Shown one piece after another: positions 38,855-52,059 of a stretch of DNA of 64,000 nucleotides. Every line of letters starts with the position of its first letter. Positions within the stretch are counted from its first letter, which is position 1. Made by a program: the position numbers and the translations under genes. A model generated the notes under the pieces. It was not told the origin of the DNA, did no database searches, and saw nothing but the letters and a program-made list of their open reading frames with translations. The stretch comes from Octopus vulgaris. Taxonomy: Eukaryota. The stretch spans positions 8,308,001 to 8,372,000 of the forward strand of contig OX597814.1 of NCBI GenBank assembly GCA_951406725.2, read 5' to 3'.

Positions 38855-41402
38855 TCATCATCATCATCATCATCGTTTAACGTCCGCTTTCCATGCTAGC
38901 ATGGGTTGGACGGTTCAACTGGGGTCTGAGAAGCCAGAAGGCTGCACCAGGCCAGTCAGATCTGGCAGTGTTTCTACAGCTGGATGCCCTTCCTAACGCC
39001 AACCACTCCGTGAGTGTAGTGGGTGCTTTTTACGTGCCACCGGCACAGGTGCCAGACGAGTCTGGCAAACGGCCACGATCAGATAGTGCTTTTTATGTGC
39101 CACCGGCAAGGGGGCCAGGTGAGGCTGGCAACGGCCACGATCGGATGGTGCTTTTTACGTGCCACCAGCATGGGGGCCAGGTGAGGCTGGCAACGGCCAC
39201 GATCGGATGGTGCTTTTTACGTGCCACCAGCATGGGGGCCAGGTGAGACTGGCAACGGCCACGATCGGATGGTGCTTTTTACGTGCCACCAGCATGGGGG
39301 CCAGGTGAGGCTGGCAACGGCCACGATCGGATGGTGCTTTTACGTGCCACCAGCATGGGGGCCAGGTGAGGCTGGCAATGGCCACGATCGGATGGTGCTT
39401 TTTACGTGCCACCGGCATGGGGGCCAGGTGAGGCTGGCAATGGCCACAAACGGATGGTGCTTTTTACGTGCCACCAGCATGGGGGCCAGGTGAGACTGGC
39501 AACGGCCACAAACGGATGGTGCTTTTGCGTGCCACCGGCATGGGGGCCAGGTGAGGCTGGCAATGGCCACGATCGGATGGTGCTTTTTACGTGCCACCGG
39601 CATGGAGGCCAGGTGAGACTGGCAACGGCCACGATCGGATGGTGCTTTTTACGTGCCACCAGCATGGGGGCCAGGTGAGGCTGGCAATGGCCACGATCGG
39701 ATGGTGCTTTTTACGTGCCACCGGCATGGGGGCCAGGTGAGGTTGGCAACGGCCACGAACGGATGGTGCTTTTTACGTGCCACCAGCATGGGGGCCAGGT
39801 GAGACTGGCAACGGCCACAAACGGATGGTGCTTTTTACGTGCCACCGGCATGGGGGCCAGGTGAGGTTGGCAACGGCCACAAACGGATGGTGCTTTTTAC
39901 GTGCCACCAGCATGGGGGCCAGGTGAGACTGGCAACGGCCACAAACGGATGGTGCTTTTTACGTGCCACCAGCATGGGGGCCAGGTGAGACTGGCAACGG
40001 CCACAAACGGATGGTGCTTTTTACGTGCCACCGGCATGGGGGCCAGGTGAGGTTGGCAACGGCCACAAACGGATGGTGCTTTTTACGTGCCACCAGCATG
40101 GGGGCCAGGTGAGGCTGGCAACGGCCACGAACGGATGGTGCTTTTTACGTGCTACCGGCACGGGGGCCAGGTGAGGTTGGCAACGGCCACAAACGGATGG
40201 TGCTTTTTATGTGCCACCAGCATGGGGGCCAGGTGAGGCTGGCAACGGCCACAAACGGATGGTGCTTTTTACGTGCCACCAGCATGGGGGCCAGGTGAGG
40301 CTGGCAACGGCCACGAATGGATGGTGCTTTTTATGTGCCACCGGCACGGGGCCAGGTGAGGCTGGCAACGGCCACGAACGGATGGTGCTTTTTACGTGCT
40401 ACCGGCATGGGGGCCAGGTGAGACTGGCAACAGCCACGATCGGATGGTGCTTTTTATGTGCCACCGGCACGGGGGCCAGGTGAGGCTGGCAACGGCCACG
40501 AACGGATGGTGCTTTTTACGTGCCACCGGCATGGGGGCCAGGTGAGACTGGCAACAGCCACGATCGGATGGTGCTTTTTACGTGCCACCAGCATGGGGGC
40601 CAGGTGAGGTTGGCAACGGCCACAAACGGATGGTGCTTTTTACGTGCCACCAGCATGGGGGCCAGGTGAGGCTGGCAACGGCCACGAACGGATGGTGCTT
40701 TTTACGTGCCACCGGCATGGGGGCCAGGTGAGGCTGGCAACGGCCACGAACGGATGGTGCTTTTTATGTGCCACCGGCACGGGGGCCAGGTGAGGCTGGC
40801 AACGGCCACGAACGGATGGTGCTTTTTACGTGCTACTGGCATGGGGGCCAGGTGAGACTGGCAACGGCCACGATCGGATGGTGCTTTTTATGTGCCACCG
40901 GCACGGGGGCCAGGTGAGGCTGGCAACGGCCACGAACGGATGGTGCTTTTTACGTGCCACCGGCATGGGGGCCAGGTGAGACTGGCAACAGCCACGATCG
41001 GATGGTGCTTTTTACGTGCCACCGGCACGGGGCCAGGTGAGGCTGGCAACGGCCACGAACGGATGGTGCTTTTTACGTGCCACCGGCATGGGGGCCAGGT
41101 GAGACTGGCAACAGCCACGATCGGATGGTGCTTTTTATGTGCCACCGGCACGGGGGCCAGGTGAGGCTGGCAACGGCCACGAACGGATGGTGCTTTTTAT
41201 GTGCCACCGGCACGGGGGCCAGGTGAGACTGGCAACAGCCACGATCGGATGGTGCTTTTTATGTGCCACCGGCATGGGGGCCAGGTGAGGCTGGCAATGG
41301 CCACGATCGGATGGTGCTTTTTACGTGCCACCGGCATGGGGGCCAGGTGAGGCTGGCAACGGCCACGAACGGATGGTGCTTTTTACGTGTCACCGGCACG
41401 GG
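38855..41402 (-). mobile_element. RTE 3' end carrying an expanded 62-bp array
   Basis: The (CAT)n tail and RTE terminal segment at 38855-39030 are continuous with the array. Confidence 0.9.
39028..41400. repeat. 62-bp minisatellite, ~38 copies
   Basis: Unit TTTTACGTGCCACCRGCAYGGGGGCCAGGTGAGGCTGGCAACGGCCACGAWCGGATGGTGCT, head to tail with no unique spacers. Confidence 0.95.
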
Positions 41403-44400
41403 TAGAAGAAAAAAGGGGGAGGTGCAAAGAAGAGGAACTTCCCAACAGCAGTATCATACACACACACAACAACCACCAACAACATCACCACCACCTCCAC
41501 CAGTACTACCACCTCAAACACTAACACAATGTACAGCATAAACAGACTCCACAAATACCACCAGCCTCACAGGCATCAACACAGATGATATATACCCAAT
41601 AACATATCTATACAACTATGCAGACACCACACTAGCAGACTTTGTCTTCCCAACACACAATGCACCACCATCACTCATGCAAATTGTAAAACTCACCCAA
41701 AACACATACACCAAATTGAAATGAAACTTCTCAAATGTTGTTGGGGCTCTCCAAAAGACCTTCACAAGAAGACTTTTTAAAAATTTTGTAGAAGCTCCCA
41801 CACCAAAGACTAAGGAGGCCACCCTACCAGACAACAGTGGTTAGTAGAGCTTTTCTCCAACCTAAATATTTATTTTTAGCATGGTGATGCTCAGGATAGA
41901 TTGTATAAATCTCAGGGGCCTTGTGTTGCCTTGGAAACAAGATCACCTTTTAAATGATCTTAGTGTAGACGTAGCAGCCATTAGTGAATCCAGACTATCC
42001 GACTTGTGGGGACCCATCAGCCTTTCTGGTGGATACAAGGTTTTTCTATCTCCATGTCGGCCAGGAGGGGGGAAGTGGTGGTACAGTGGTACTTTTCCAG
42101 AAAGGTCTAGATTTGAAAATAAAGACAGACCTCCTGGATCCAGAAGGTAAGTTGGTGGGCGTAGATGTGAACAGCAGTGACAGCAGTACCTTCAGACTGG
42201 TGGCCGTCTATGCTCCGACAGGGGCAGGGCGGTCTGATTACTTCAAGCATCTGGGTGTCTTCCAGGGCAAGTCGCAGACTTTAGTATTAGTAGGGGATTG
42301 GAATGCTGTTTTAGATGGACGTTTTGATTGCATGGGTCTATCTGATAGGAGAGGTGTGTGCAAAAGCCTCAAAAACCTGCTCACATGTTTTCAGTTTTCT
42401 CAGCAGGTACCGACTGGATTACCTGAATGTGCCAATGTGAACTTGGGCAAATCACATCAGGTCATCTAGATCATATCTAGATAGAGTATTCAGTAGGCCA
42501 GCAGATAAGGATAGTATAGTTTGTCCACAATTTCACTTGGCTACACAGACCACAAACTCGTGATCTGTATGGTTGACCTAGATAGGCTTTGTAGACAGGG
42601 TCACGGTTACTGGAAACTGAACGTCATTACCAGCATGTCAAGCTTACAGAGACTGGATTAGCATTTTAGTTAAGAGGGCATTGATAGGCAAAATTTTCAA
42701 CAACAACTGGTAGTTTGCTCTTAAAAGGGCAATTAGAGTAGAATCAATTGGGTTTAGCAAGGCTTTAGCAGTATAGAGAAATAAAATAGAGGGAGATTTA
42801 GTTAGAGAGTTAGATGAGGCACTTAAGACAGGCATCTCAACAGACATGTTGGCAGTGATGTTGGCCCTCGACCAATTTTTTGATGCCAAACATGAAGGCT
42901 GCATTATCAGAGCTAAGGCACATTCACTAAGTGGGGAGAAGACGAAAGCCACCCAAGATGCCTGAGTGACAGAGACAAAACATGGCAACAAAGCAACCAT
43001 TCAGTTATTGGTGGACCAGAATGGGCATGAGGTGTTCAAACTGAAGCAGATGAATGTGGATTTCAGCAGCGTTTTGTTCAACTGTTCGGGATGAATAGTA
43101 GGACAGATAACAAGGCAGACCTCGGTGTCTACCTGGACAGCCTGCTGCAACTCTTGGCAAGCTTGTCAGAGTACTGCGAAAGGCCAATAACAACTACAGA
43201 GATATAGGAAGTGATGAAGAACTGCATTAGAGGTAGATCACCAGGTTTGGATGGTCTGTCTACGAGTTTTATATTTCGATACCAGACTTGTTTACAGGCC
43301 TCTTAGCAGACGTCTACTGCAACTGGCAGCATAATGGGAGAATTCCTACTTGTCTGTCGAGGGGCAGTGGAACTGTGGAGAAAGGACTCAAATAAAGGGG
43401 ACACTATAGAAAATTTCAAGACTATCACTCTGCTCAATGCAGAGTTGAAGATTTTGGTCAAGGTGTTAGCCAAGCTGGTTCACACTTGTCGTGGACAAGC
43501 TGGTTGGCAAGATGCAAACATGTGCCATCCCAACCAGGACCATTCCCGACAACCTGCACCTAATGTGCAACATGATAGAGAGAGTGAGTAATGAAGCTAG
43601 CATGGGTGGGGCTCTGATCAAATAAGATCAATATAAAGCCTTGAATAGGGTTGACCATCAATACTTGGCGGCTGTCCTCAAGGCAACTGGGTTCGGTCTG
43701 GTTTTCCAAGATTGGATCAATCACTGCTTTGTACAGAACATCTACTCAGTTGTTCAGGTGAATGGTTACCTGTCAGAGCCATTCAGTATCTTGCACTTGG
43801 TCTTTCAAGGGTGCCTTCTCTCCCCACTTCTCTATGTCCTGACTCTGGAGCCACTATTGCAGAAGTTGGAGGCTTTGAGAGGCGTCCCATGTGATCTAGG
43901 ATGTGGGAGAAATGCGTCTGCTTATCCTGACGATGTCGCCATCATAGCATTGAGCCACAGGCATGTAGACCTGATTGGTGACACACTAGAAGAATATGAA
44001 ACAGTGACAGAAGCAACAATTAAAGTCAGTGGGCTTACAATGCATTATGATGTCCAACAGTGTTGTGGGTCACTGAACAGACAGCCTGGTTAAATTGCTT
44101 GGGGTCTGATTTGGTCCAGACCTCCAGGTGGAGAAAAACTGGGATGAGGTGACAAGAAGGGTAGCCAACCTCACCCAGAAATGGGCTGAGACGAAGCTGT
44201 CCCTGAAAGGTCAAGCCAAGGTGGCAAAAGCATACATCGCATCTGTCATCTATTACCACTTGACCATTGTCCTTTGCCCCATTTGCTTGTTGACCCAGCT
44301 GGTGCACTTGCTCTTCTGCTTTCTGTAGAAGGGGCGTATTCCACTGGTCAGGCACTCCATCTGCTGTCAACAGCTGCTAAATGGAGGGCTGGACATGCTG

Positions 44401-47329
44401 TGGTTGCTGATGCAGAGACATGTACTCAGGCTCCTTGATGGTGAGCAGGTGTAGTTGCCATTTATAAGACTCACTTTTCCATGGCTCCTCTCTTTGACTG
44501 AGATGCAAATCAGGATTAGGCATAGACCAAGAAGAGGCGCTTGGCACTTCAAGTGCTATCAAGTACTCACAGCTCTCCACCAGGTGGGCAATGCAGTCGG
44601 TAGTAATTCCACACTAGTGTTCTATAGAGGGCTAGTGCAACTATGTTCTTGGAAAAACTGTAGGTGTTAACAAGGATCAACTAACTGGTCCATTCCGGAG
44701 AGCTTTCGGGCCTGGGCCTATGAATAACTTCCAGAAATCCTTTGCCTAGCAGTGCTACCAAGAGACACTTCCTGTTCAGGATAAACTCTACAAGCACAGA
44801 AGTGCCATCAGCTGGGCCTGATGAGGTACATGCACAATGATGAAACGGTTTTGCACACCTTTGTCCAGTGCCCATGTATTGCTGACCTGTGGGTTTACGT
44901 CAAACACCTGCTATTGCATGTGACACGGATCCAGCCATCAGCTGAATCCATAGTGAAGATTGCCCCGCCAACTGGCAGGCAGTTTTTATTTGTCTTGTGG
45001 CTGTAGCAAAAGAGGTAACATGATGTACTTGTCTGAAAGGGCTAAAGTCAGACACTTTCCACTTTGGCCAAGCCCTCATCAACTTCTTCAAGTTTCACTT
45101 GAAGAGGAAAGTGAGGGTGGAGAGAGAAGTGTTGCCTTCTGGCAAGTTTGTTGTAAGGTGGGTGAATGTTGGAAGAATGGCCAGTGTGAAAGGACTAATT
45201 CTGAGTATACACCTGTGAAAAAATTAAAGCACTTGTGGCTTTTGTGGGTTTTTCCACAAGGACCTTTAAAGCACCTCCCCTTTTGGAAGTTTTCTTTAGT
45301 TTAACTTTTTAATGTTATATATATTGTTTACACAATGAAAACCTTTTGTCTCGTCTTGTATTGTCTTTTATGTTCTGTCATGTCATTTTATGTTGTTTTA
45401 TGTAAGCCCTTGTGGCTAATAAAAGAATGCATCATCATCATCATCATCCTTGTTTTCACATCCATTGTTCCCTGCTTGCATGGGTCAGATTAGTTTATTG
45501 AGGCAGACTTTCTATAGCTGGATGCTCTTCCTGATGCTCACTCTTACCTGTTTCCAAGCAAGGTAATATTTCCCCCTGTCCAGACATGGTTTCCACAGAA
45601 GACAGGAAACAAACAACCTCACTTGTATGCTGGGGATGCTCGTTTACAGCCATCACATGATGTCAAGACAAGAGTACAAACACACACAGTACATATATGA
45701 GGGGCCCTTGTATCAGTTTCCATCTCCCAAACCAGTTGACAAGGCTTTGGTTGACTCAGAGCCATACTAGAAGATATTTTCTTGGGTTGCCTTACATTGG
45801 GAATCAACAAGGTTAGAAATGAATCTTTTTAACCACAAATCCATGGCTGTGCACATAAACCAATAATAGGAATCAGATAAAAGTCTTACTAACACCCATC
45901 CCTCCATTACTCTTCTAACTACGGTCCTACTTTGCTGCTGTAACCATTTGACAGCAGAATCTTCACATATTCATCACCACCACCACCACCACCCTTTCGC
46001 TAATACCAGTCGCCTCACTTGCATCATCATCTCCGTCCATATACCCTTCCATCGATAATCCCTTTCTGTCCCTTCCCTAATCTTTCCCACCCACCCCTCT
46101 TAGCTACACCTTACTCTGCCAGGTTTCCTGTTGAACACTTCTCCTATCTGCAATCATTCTCGACACCCTCTCACAGATATTGCTAAAACTCCCTTACCAA
46201 TTTTCTGGCCCCACTCACTACAGCCACCCCCATGTATCTCTGACTCCCATCTCTTTCACAGTTCATCATCTTTGCTTTCCCTCTGCTGTCAGATCCTGGT
46301 CATCATCTCTCTTCCTCCTCATCTATCAACGGATTGATGGTTCTGCTGCTCTCCACCCTTCCTATGCTTCTTCTTGTCACCTCCTCCTTTCCGAGCCCCG
46401 TCAGTCTCTCGACTCCACCTCAAACCATTGTTCCTCACTCCCTACATCCACCTCTAGCCCCATCTCTAACCTCTGCCCTTCTCATCTCACACTCTGATGC
46501 CATTACCCTCCCATTCCTTCTTTCCTCATCCACAGTCTCCCTTCTACTCCCCTTCTTGTAACTTGGGACTATGCTCTGGCACCCAATTACCACCATCTTT
46601 CTCCCTTCCAGATACTGTCATGCACCCTTGCATAAATATAAGGACGCCATGAGCCTCGTCTATATCCAGACAACTGTGCTTGACCCTCTGTCAAACTTTA
46701 GGCTTTCTACCCCAGGCATCAAGCCAACTCCCTCCCCCCAGTTCCATCGGGGAGTTTTTATCCTTTTCGATTCTTTGCTTTGTCTTGCAAGTTACTTGGT
46801 GACCTCACCAGTGCTGGTGCCATGAGAAAAGCAGCTTCCAGTCCTCACTGTAAAATGGTTGGCATTATGAAGGGCAGCCAACCATCCACACTCAGCCAGC
46901 TAGCCACACTCAGCCAGCCAGCCGCACTCAGCCAGCCAGCTGAGTGTGGAACCTAACACAGATCTAGAGATCACCAGATCTTGTTAAACTGTGTAACCCA
47001 TGCCAGATCAAAGACGGACATCAAATAATGATGATGATGCTATAGAAATAAGTGTAACACACCATCGACTAGGAGAAAAGGCATTCGTACATTTGTTTAT
47101 AGAGTAGGTAATTTACCACCAAAACTATACAGTTTTATAAATCCATTTCAGCCATTCTTACAAATCAGTTTTGCACAGGATAACATCTAACACTGTGCTC
47201 ATCAGAGTGGCCAGTATGGAAGTAGGGCAATGGGTTTCTGACAGCTAGTGCCACATCTCTAATTGCAAAAGACAATTAGAGAGGAGGATTCCATCATTGG
47301 TTATGCCACTTGTCCAAAATCTCTGAGTG

Positions 47330-47620
47330 AGGAGTAACTGCCAGCAAAGTGGAATTTGGGTTTTAATTAAGCATCTGGGTGGTGAGAGTTCTTAAATATA
47401 AGTTCTCTTTTTGGCAAGGCACAGACTTCACCTTCTGCTACCATTGAAGTAAAGATTACTTTCCTTCGGCAATCATAACATGCGTAGCCATGTATGTGGC
47501 ATTTTTCTCTCATAGACCTTAAAGGAGGTCTTGGGATTGTTATATATGGTTCTGAGTGGACCCTTTAGTCATGCCCACATATTTCCACATGTTCTTCTAT
47601 TTGCTGAAGTAACATTCAAA
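47330..47620 (-). mobile_element. Highly decayed PLE GIY-YIG remnant
   Basis: Minus strand reads KYVGMTKGPLRTIYNNPKTSF...FNGSRR*SLCLAKKELI. Confidence 0.5.
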
Positions 47621-48049
47621 TGATACTGAACGGAAATAAATACAAGTTTTCACTGTATAATATGCTCAATATTAATACAAAGACAGTTCATAATTACTGG
47701 GAAAATATTTAAACAGGAAAAAAAAATGAAAATGTTTTCTCACAAAACTGACTGATACAGGTTTGAGAAGCACTTTAGGTTGTTCTAAGCAGAAAAAGAA
47801 AAGTGAGAACATCTGTGTAGTATCAGAGGTCATTCTGTTTAAAAATGCAGTTTTAATAATGCCCAACATGGTTTCTGAAAACCATTTGACCAGACTATTT
47901 GGTGGGAAGATTCCATTGCCCTTGGTTATACATCAGCTGATCTGATTAGTCAAGCCATGTTCACAGAGGTGTTAGTGCCTTTCATAGAGGCACAATTTAT
48001 TATCCCTAATTCAATATGTCTGGCTGTGGTCTTAGCTGTGGAAGCATGT

Positions 48050-49130
48050 GGTAAGTGAGAAAAATATTGGTTTCAAAGCTAAATGCTAGAAACATAACTC
48101 TGGCAATGAACTTGGCAATATGCTGGAATTCTGAAGTGGACAGAGTAGGAGTTGGAGAGGAAGACAAGAAAGCTCATAACGATGATGCATGGAAGCCATC
48201 ATCCATGTGCAGACACAGATCACCTAGACACGAAGAGAGCAAATAGAGGAAAAGGGACGAGATACCTAGCCGAAAGTAAGGAAACCTTGCTAGTGGCAGC
48301 TAGGAATGAGGGAGTATTGAGAGCAGAGAGAAAAAAGGGAAAACAATGAAAGAAGTACAAAAGGGACGTGAAGAAGGGAGTACATAATTAGTTCCATGTA
48401 ACCACAACAGAAGTTGCAGGAAAACCTAAATGGGATTGACTGAAGAAAGGAACACTGAAAAAAAGAGGCCGAGAGCAGCAACATACTAGCAGTGCAAGGC
48501 CAAACATTGGCCATGAATTAAAGGGTGAACCTTAGGAATGAGCAAGTGTCTTTGCTGTGCCGCATCTGTAACAGAGTGGTTACAACCATTACCCACATTA
48601 TGAATGAATGCCTTAGACTTGCCCAAATTGTGCCACTACAAATTGTGGCAACATGATAATTAGTGAAAGTGCTACATTGGAAACTGTATGAAAAGTGGGG
48701 GTTAGAGAGAGGCAAGACGTGGGATGAGTATAAGCTTCAGAGAGTGGGGGAGTTGGAGACTTGTAAAATCCTCTGGGACCTCTCAATCCAAACCGATCAG
48801 GTGCTAAAGCATAAAAAAAGACTGGGCCCAGTGGTTGTGGAGAAGATGCACCACATGTGCTACATAGTTAATGTTGCATGTCCCTTTGACCCATGGATAG
48901 TCAAGGACGAAGGTAAAAGAAAAGTACATATATACAATCATCAAAGTACGGCTATAGGAATGATGGAAGTGAAAGTAGTACCAATTGTTATTGGGTCCTT
49001 GGGGACATTTCTGGAAGGCATCAAGGGAAGTATAAAGGAAATTAGAATAGAGTGCCCAGTAGAAATGTTAAAGTAGTGTGCAGCAAGCCCACTATGCATG
49101 CAAGACTGTGATAAAAAGAATAATAATAAG
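48050..49130 (+). mobile_element. R4/Dong-like (RLE-type) LINE 3' fragment
   Basis: CRIC...TITHIMNEC knuckle and KILWDLSIQTD...VACPFD restriction-like endonuclease region. It ends at TAATAATAA. Confidence 0.8.
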
Positions 49131-49168
49131 ATTTGTTAAAGCAAAATGTTTCTTTCATATATGAAGCA

Positions 49169-50308
49169 CTAGCTGTTGTACCCGGTAATTCCTTAGGGTA
49201 AAGATGTTCTATTGAAATGCCTTATTACTCTGATATAAGAAAGCAATTTCGTTATAACTGCAACAAAAGGTGTACTTTCCTCCTGGAGGAGGGAGAGGTT
49301 TCCGGAGGTTGGCAAGAAAGAATGTCGGAGGTTGGTGAAAGAGGTTGTCGGATGTTGGCAAGAGACAAAGACATTATTCTGCTTAGCGAAGGCATCTGAG
49401 AAATGTATAACTGCTGTCATTCACAGTAAAAAACTATTGTTTTACCGTGAGAAAAGAGTTGTTGAAGTGTTAAGTGAAATTTGGCAATTGAGGATCGAAT
49501 CCATGCTATGTCAGCATGAAGCCACTACAAATATTGTGTGGAAAAAAATTTATGTACTGTCATGGAAAAAGTGTATCTGTAAAAATGCGGAATTATCGGA
49601 GTAATGGGCATTCAAAAAAGTAAGTATGTATGTATAGAAATGTATGAATGAAGTTTTTAAGGTTTAAGATTCAAATAAAGGAAGTGCAATAATAATGTTT
49701 AGTAGTTCAAAACTGTGAGTAGTGAAATGCAGAATTAGGTCAGCTGATCATGAGAATCAAATATTGATCACTTTGCTAAAATTTGCAGGTGGTATGGGTT
49801 ATTTCCCTTGGATTGTTTAAATAAAATATTAGTAATATATAGTAGATTGAAAGATCCATTGGAAGGGCCCTATTATTGATTTTTTTCAACAATCTAAGTA
49901 TGTCACGAGGTTTCCAGACATGAATTCTACTCACGTGTCAAATAAAGTATAAAAGTAATATTGTCTGCAAAAATTAGAAATAGGACACACAAAAAATCAA
50001 TATTCAAAGTATTCGAACATAAACACTGAAATGGGTTATTTCCCTTGAGTGTTTAAAAAAATACTGTATAGGTGCTATGGGTTATTTCCCTTGGATGTTT
50101 AAAAAAGTAGTCATATGAGGTAGATATAAAGGTCCCTTCCAGGGGCTGCATTATCAATTTTTTTCAACAATCTAAGTATGTCTCGGAGTTTCCAGGCATG
50201 AGTTCTACTCACACATCAAGTTTCATCGAAATTGATAAAACGATATAGGAGGAGTTAGCTAACAACGTCACAAACAAACAAACACCGATTTTCCACATAT
50301 GTAGTAGA
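49169..50308 (-). mobile_element. Non-autonomous Helitron with both termini
   Basis: Minus strand 5' end is A|TCTACTACAT...(TTTG)n. The 3' end has a CCCTAAGGAATTACCGGG imperfect hairpin then CTAG|T. There is an internal ~290-bp duplication. Confidence 0.65.
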
Positions 50309-50574
50309 TAATTGCTGTTAGACATGTTACCACAACACAAGCATAAAACAGATAACGTAAAAAGGTGGAACTACAATATCCCTACACAAATTGTGAGTAC
50401 AAATATAAACCTCAACTGATCACAAATGCATTCTCATCTCCACACATGTACCGACGACTGTGTATACAAGTCACACATGGACAAAACATCGACTACACAG
50501 TATTTAAATTGCTTAGATAAATAAATAATAATAATAATGGTGGTAATAATGATGATGATACTAGTAGTAATATC

Positions 50575-51962
50575 CTCTTTGCCACTTATGTGGAAATTAT
50601 CGACTGGAATACTCGCAGAGTCAATGTAAGAACGTCTGGAAAAAAATGGAGTCCTCACACATGAGCAGAAGGGTTGCAAGTATAAGTGCAGAAGTATCAA
50701 GGATCAACTCCTGATAGATAAAAATGTACTCAGAGACTGCAAGAAGAGGAAAAGTAACTTAGCTATGTCATGGATCGACTATCGTAAGGCATATGTTATG
50801 ATTCCACGTTCTTGGATTACCTATTTGGTAATGCATCAAGTGTTGAGCGATTGCTTGGTAAAAGTATGGCGAATTGGAGGACGGACCTGACAGTATACAG
50901 AAGAAGTTTAGGGACAGGAGAAATTAGGAGGGGCATCTTCCAAGGGGACTGTCTGTCCCCACTGATCTTTGTAAGGTGCTTGATACCACTAACACTGATT
51001 CTGAGGAAAGCAAAGGCTGGGTGTGTATTCAAAAGCTGCCGGCAAAAAGTCAACCATTTGTTATTCATGGATGAACTCAAACTTTTTGGTAAAGATGAAG
51101 CCAAGTCAGTTCCCATCTTTTCATATGGTGTATACATTCAGTGCTGATATCAGAATGGAGTTCGGACTGAGAAAGTGTGGTGTGTTAGAATTGAAGAGAG
51201 GCAAAATCAAATGTATGGACGGACTAACAATACCGTTGGGGGAGTTTGTGAAGCAGATAGAAGAGACAGGCTATAAAGTACTTGGGGATTTTGGAAATGG
51301 ATAAACTGATGGAGAAAGAAATGACAGAAACATCTAAGGTGGAGTACTTGCACAGACTGAGACTGCTCTTTAAGTTGAAATTAAGTGGACGGAATAAGAT
51401 CGAAGCTATCAAGACCTGGGTGGTTTCACTCCTTAGATATGGAGCAGGGATAATCGCATGGACAGTAGACGAACTAAACAGCTGAGATAGAAAGACAAGG
51501 AAGTTGCTAACTAGATATGAGACACTCCACCCAAAAAGTGACACAGACAGACTGTATGTACCAAGAAAAAGAGGGGGAAGAGGACTTATTGGATGTGAAC
51601 ACAGCATTAGAGCAGAAGAAAACAACATAGCATAGTATGTAAAAAAATGCCACAGAATCGCTATTATAAAAAGTAAAAAGGTCAGGCTTGGGTAGAATGA
51701 AAGATTGCAAAGATAAAGCACTATACAAGCAATTGAAAATAGGTGGGTAAAGAAAAGAATGCATGGACAATTTGATAGGGATGTTGAAGATAAGACAGAC
51801 AGAGAAAAAAGATGGGTGTGGATGACTAAAAGTGATTCAAAACCGGAAACAGAGGTTCTAGTCTGTGCTGCCCAAGAGGAAGCACTAAGAACAAACTACA
51901 TAAAATACAGAATAGACAACACAGCAGAAAGTGATAAGTGCAAAATTTGTGGACAAAATGGC
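50575..51962 (+). mobile_element. R4/Dong-like LINE RT fragment
   Basis: [53 protein letters not shown] and CKIC motifs. Flanked by (TAA)n-like tracts. Confidence 0.88.
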
Positions 51963-52021
<59 letters not shown>

Positions 52022-52058
52022 CAATAATGATAATAATAATAATAATAACAATAATAAT
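51963..52058. repeat. (AAT)n microsatellite
   Basis: Seen directly. Confidence 0.95.
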
Positions 52059-52059
52059 A

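Larger units (their letters stand above)
37470..45425 (+). mobile_element. Tx1/L1-group LINE, full length but decayed; ORF1 interrupted by an RTE-derived array
   Basis: ORF1 is homologous to 1600-3600 (FTLDEIKDAKELL; knuckle CYFCGDQGHPRFSC). ORF2 from 41881 has APE motifs (VYAP, GDWN) and RT motifs (QGCLLSPLLY, YPDD). AATAAA is at ~45418. Confidence 0.88.

Noticed and set aside
39028-39150. HDV-like ribozyme in the 62-bp unit (GCCA-GCCTCRCC-TGGC hairpin on the minus strand)
   Set aside because: I could not assemble P1, P2 and J4/2 of the double pseudoknot. Only simple hairpins are evident.
39028-41400. CRISPR-like appearance of the 62-bp array
   Set aside because: There are no unique spacers, units are contiguous, no cas genes are present, and the array derives from an RTE 3' UTR.
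45900-46830. S/L/P-rich ORFs
   Set aside because: This is pyrimidine-rich low-complexity sequence next to a decayed RTE tail.
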